DNA of 64,000 nucleotides from Flaccisagitta enflata. Its lineage: Eukaryota. The stretch lies in NCBI GenBank assembly GCA_965153355.1, contig OZ231126.1:41664001-41728000 (forward strand), written 5' to 3'. The notes under the pieces were generated by a model that did no database searches, had not been told where the DNA came from, and was given only the letters and a program-made list of their open reading frames with translations. The position numbers and the translations under genes are program-made. Shown one piece after another: positions 61,364 to 64,000 of this stretch (within the stretch, counting starts at the first letter, position 1; every line of letters starts with the position of its first letter).

Positions 61364-63489
61364 GCCAGTCTCATGATTCACATTATTCCTCCGGAAACTT
61401 CATCATTTATTCAACCACCTTCCTAGATCTCTTTTTTTCCCTTTTTCTTTCCTTTTCGCTTTCTCTAGTGAGCTCTATGATGTTGCCTAGATCTATCTCT
61501 TCTTGACTTCACTATTTGTCTATATTCTTATGACTCTTACTTTGCCTTCCACTGTATCTTGATTGTTTTAATGGAAATTGATAATGAAAAACAAACTTTG
61601 AGAGGAAAAAAAATACAGGCCTGTATACAATGGAGTTTCCCCCCCCCCCCCACCCCCCACCCCCGGTGGGTTTGGAGATAATCAAAGGGAAAAAAAGGAA
61701 ATTTGGGGAAAACATAACTTTTAGCAGTGCCAAAACATAAAAACTGATTAGTAAAACATAATCTAACACTATTTAAACCCTTACTACAATGTTCCATTGC
61801 CTTTTGGGGAAGAAAACCATAGGTTTTAAACCGCGACGCGACGTGTCGTGGGGAAGAAAATCAAAGACAAGGGGGGGAGGAAATCAAAAGCGACTCAATT
61901 AAATCGTCCCAGAAAAAAATGATTATCGTCCAAATCACAAATTAGTGTTTCTATCAACTTGTTCAAGGCAAGAAGCGAGCGGGAAATCATTGATAAAGTT
62001 TTACTACGAAATACGGATCATCCTTTGTCTGCCAACGAGCGCCACGCTCTCATCAAAGATAACAAATAATTGGGTACAAAATAAAGAAATATATTTCTGG
62101 ATCCGACATGGAAGCAATTACAATTTTTGGACACATGTAACAGGATACAGTACCATAGGAGCAATGAGAACCTCAGATGGAGGGTCATTTCCTGCTTCAC
62201 TATTCTAATGAAGTAGCTTCAATCATGGATTTTCTAAAAGCTGATGAGCAAGAGCTTTGAGTGAATATAGTTTTATTCCTCTAGCTCAAACTGTTGACCA
62301 AAAAGAAAAAAAGTGCAGCAACACTCGAGATTTGAACCTGTGACACTGAAGTGAGATAAATTATTTTTCTCAAGCTCATCACTCTATCAACAGAGCTATC
62401 GCGCCACATGCAATTTAAAAATATCAATTGGCGGTTTTCTTATGAATCACTTGGTTTAGAATTTTGTATTCACTCAATACCTTGGACCATCAGCTTTCAA
62501 AAAAACCAAAGCTTTAGGTTCTTCCTTTAAACAGTGAGAATATAGAGGGCCCTCTTTCTACTGCGCTTATTGCTCCCATCGTACTGTAACATTTGTTGGA
62601 TCGAACACAAGTTCCTTCCACTGCTAACTTGTGTTACGGAGAAGCGACTCGATAAGCAGCTGATTGCCGTCGTTTGGTCCGTAGGAAGTCGAGGGGGGGG
62701 GCGGCATAACTCTCTCTACCCATCTCTCAGCTTAGGAGACAGATTGTGGTCCTGTATCGTCTTTAGTTGCGTGCTATGGGACTCTACACCCCACTTTGTC
62801 GGTCCGTCAGTGGGTTCATCCATCCATCCTCAAAAAAAGGCCCTGCCCAGCCGCACGCGACTGGGGTAGCCGTGTATCCGGCCTTGTTCTTTGAAGATCG
62901 CAAAGACTTTAAAAGAGATAAGCTTTGGCTATCAGTAGAATTCCAAACAAGATTTCTTTCCAACAGGCATATGAGAGAAAAAGGGAAATATATGCAAACG
63001 CATGCAAACGCATTTTCTTCTTCAATGAGATATATTGCATGACAAAGGAATTAACGCCTGAAGATCGTCACGCACTTTTTGTAGTGAACTAGTTCATCGC
63101 GCCTTAAAAAATATCTTTGACTGTAACCATTTCTCTGTGACGCAAGGTTTTGACACGTCTTTTTCTGCAGAAATATTTCTTTTTTGTCCTTTTTTTCTTT
63201 CCATTTTGTAGATTGAGATTTCTTGTCGAGTGTTTTCTTGATATTTTGATTCTCAACATGTTTCCGACGCCGCAAAGTTTCTCCGTGAAATTTGCCTTTG
63301 TCACTTTTATATTTTCCGCATTTTTTGTTCTTGTTTTTGACATCATTTTGGAATTCATCGTGATCGTCTTCATCGACATCGTCGTTATCGATGTCATCGA
63401 TATCGTCCTCGTCATCAATACCGATGCCAGGGTCATCAGAGCCGATGTCGTTGTTATCGTCGTTGTCCTAGTCATTGTTGTTGTTCTAG

Positions 63490-63579
<90 letters not shown>

Positions 63580-63586
63580 TACTCAA

Positions 63587-63656
<70 letters not shown>

Positions 63657-63659
63657 GCC

Positions 63660-63736
<77 letters not shown>

Positions 63737-63738
63737 GC

Positions 63739-63781
<43 letters not shown>

Positions 63782-63788
63782 AACTCAA

Positions 63789-63819
<31 letters not shown>

Positions 63820-63820
63820 C

Positions 63821-63908
<88 letters not shown>

Positions 63909-64000
63909 CGTTAATGTGGCAGACTTAGTGGGATGTTGGTGAGTGCGTAAGTGAGGAATGCTGTTGAGCCTTCGTCGCCTCGTCGACGTCGTCGCAGCAT

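Overview
Repeat-rich animal (most likely invertebrate) genomic DNA. The main finding is a split receptor gene on the + strand. Its 5' coding part (1385-2447) and 3' part (20324-23829, then exons 24050-24227 and 25363-25661) are separated by a 17.9-kb nested insertion. The insertion is a foldback MITE (TIR TAGTCCAG, 3-bp TSD CAA) into which a decayed BEL/Pao LTR retrotransposon inserted (LTRs 2471-3372 and 18779-19695, TSD CATGA, minus strand); the retrotransposon itself contains further insertions. Removing the MITE and one TSD copy joins the halves exactly in frame, giving a 1681-aa protein: signal peptide, Ser/Asn-rich region, furin-type site, Toll-like multi-cysteine-cluster LRR ectodomain, one TM helix, pseudokinase, an internally duplicated kinase-C-lobe/KEN region whose second KEN keeps the IRE1/RNase L catalytic residues, and a ubiquitin-like C-terminus. 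This is a Toll-type ectodomain wired to an RNase L/IRE1-type ribonuclease instead of a TIR domain. The rest of the window (26-64 kb) has no confidently recognisable gene: microsatellites, MITEs (Tc1-, hAT-, Kolobok-like) and many DINE-1/HINE-like elements. All domain calls come from motif reading by eye, not from database searches.
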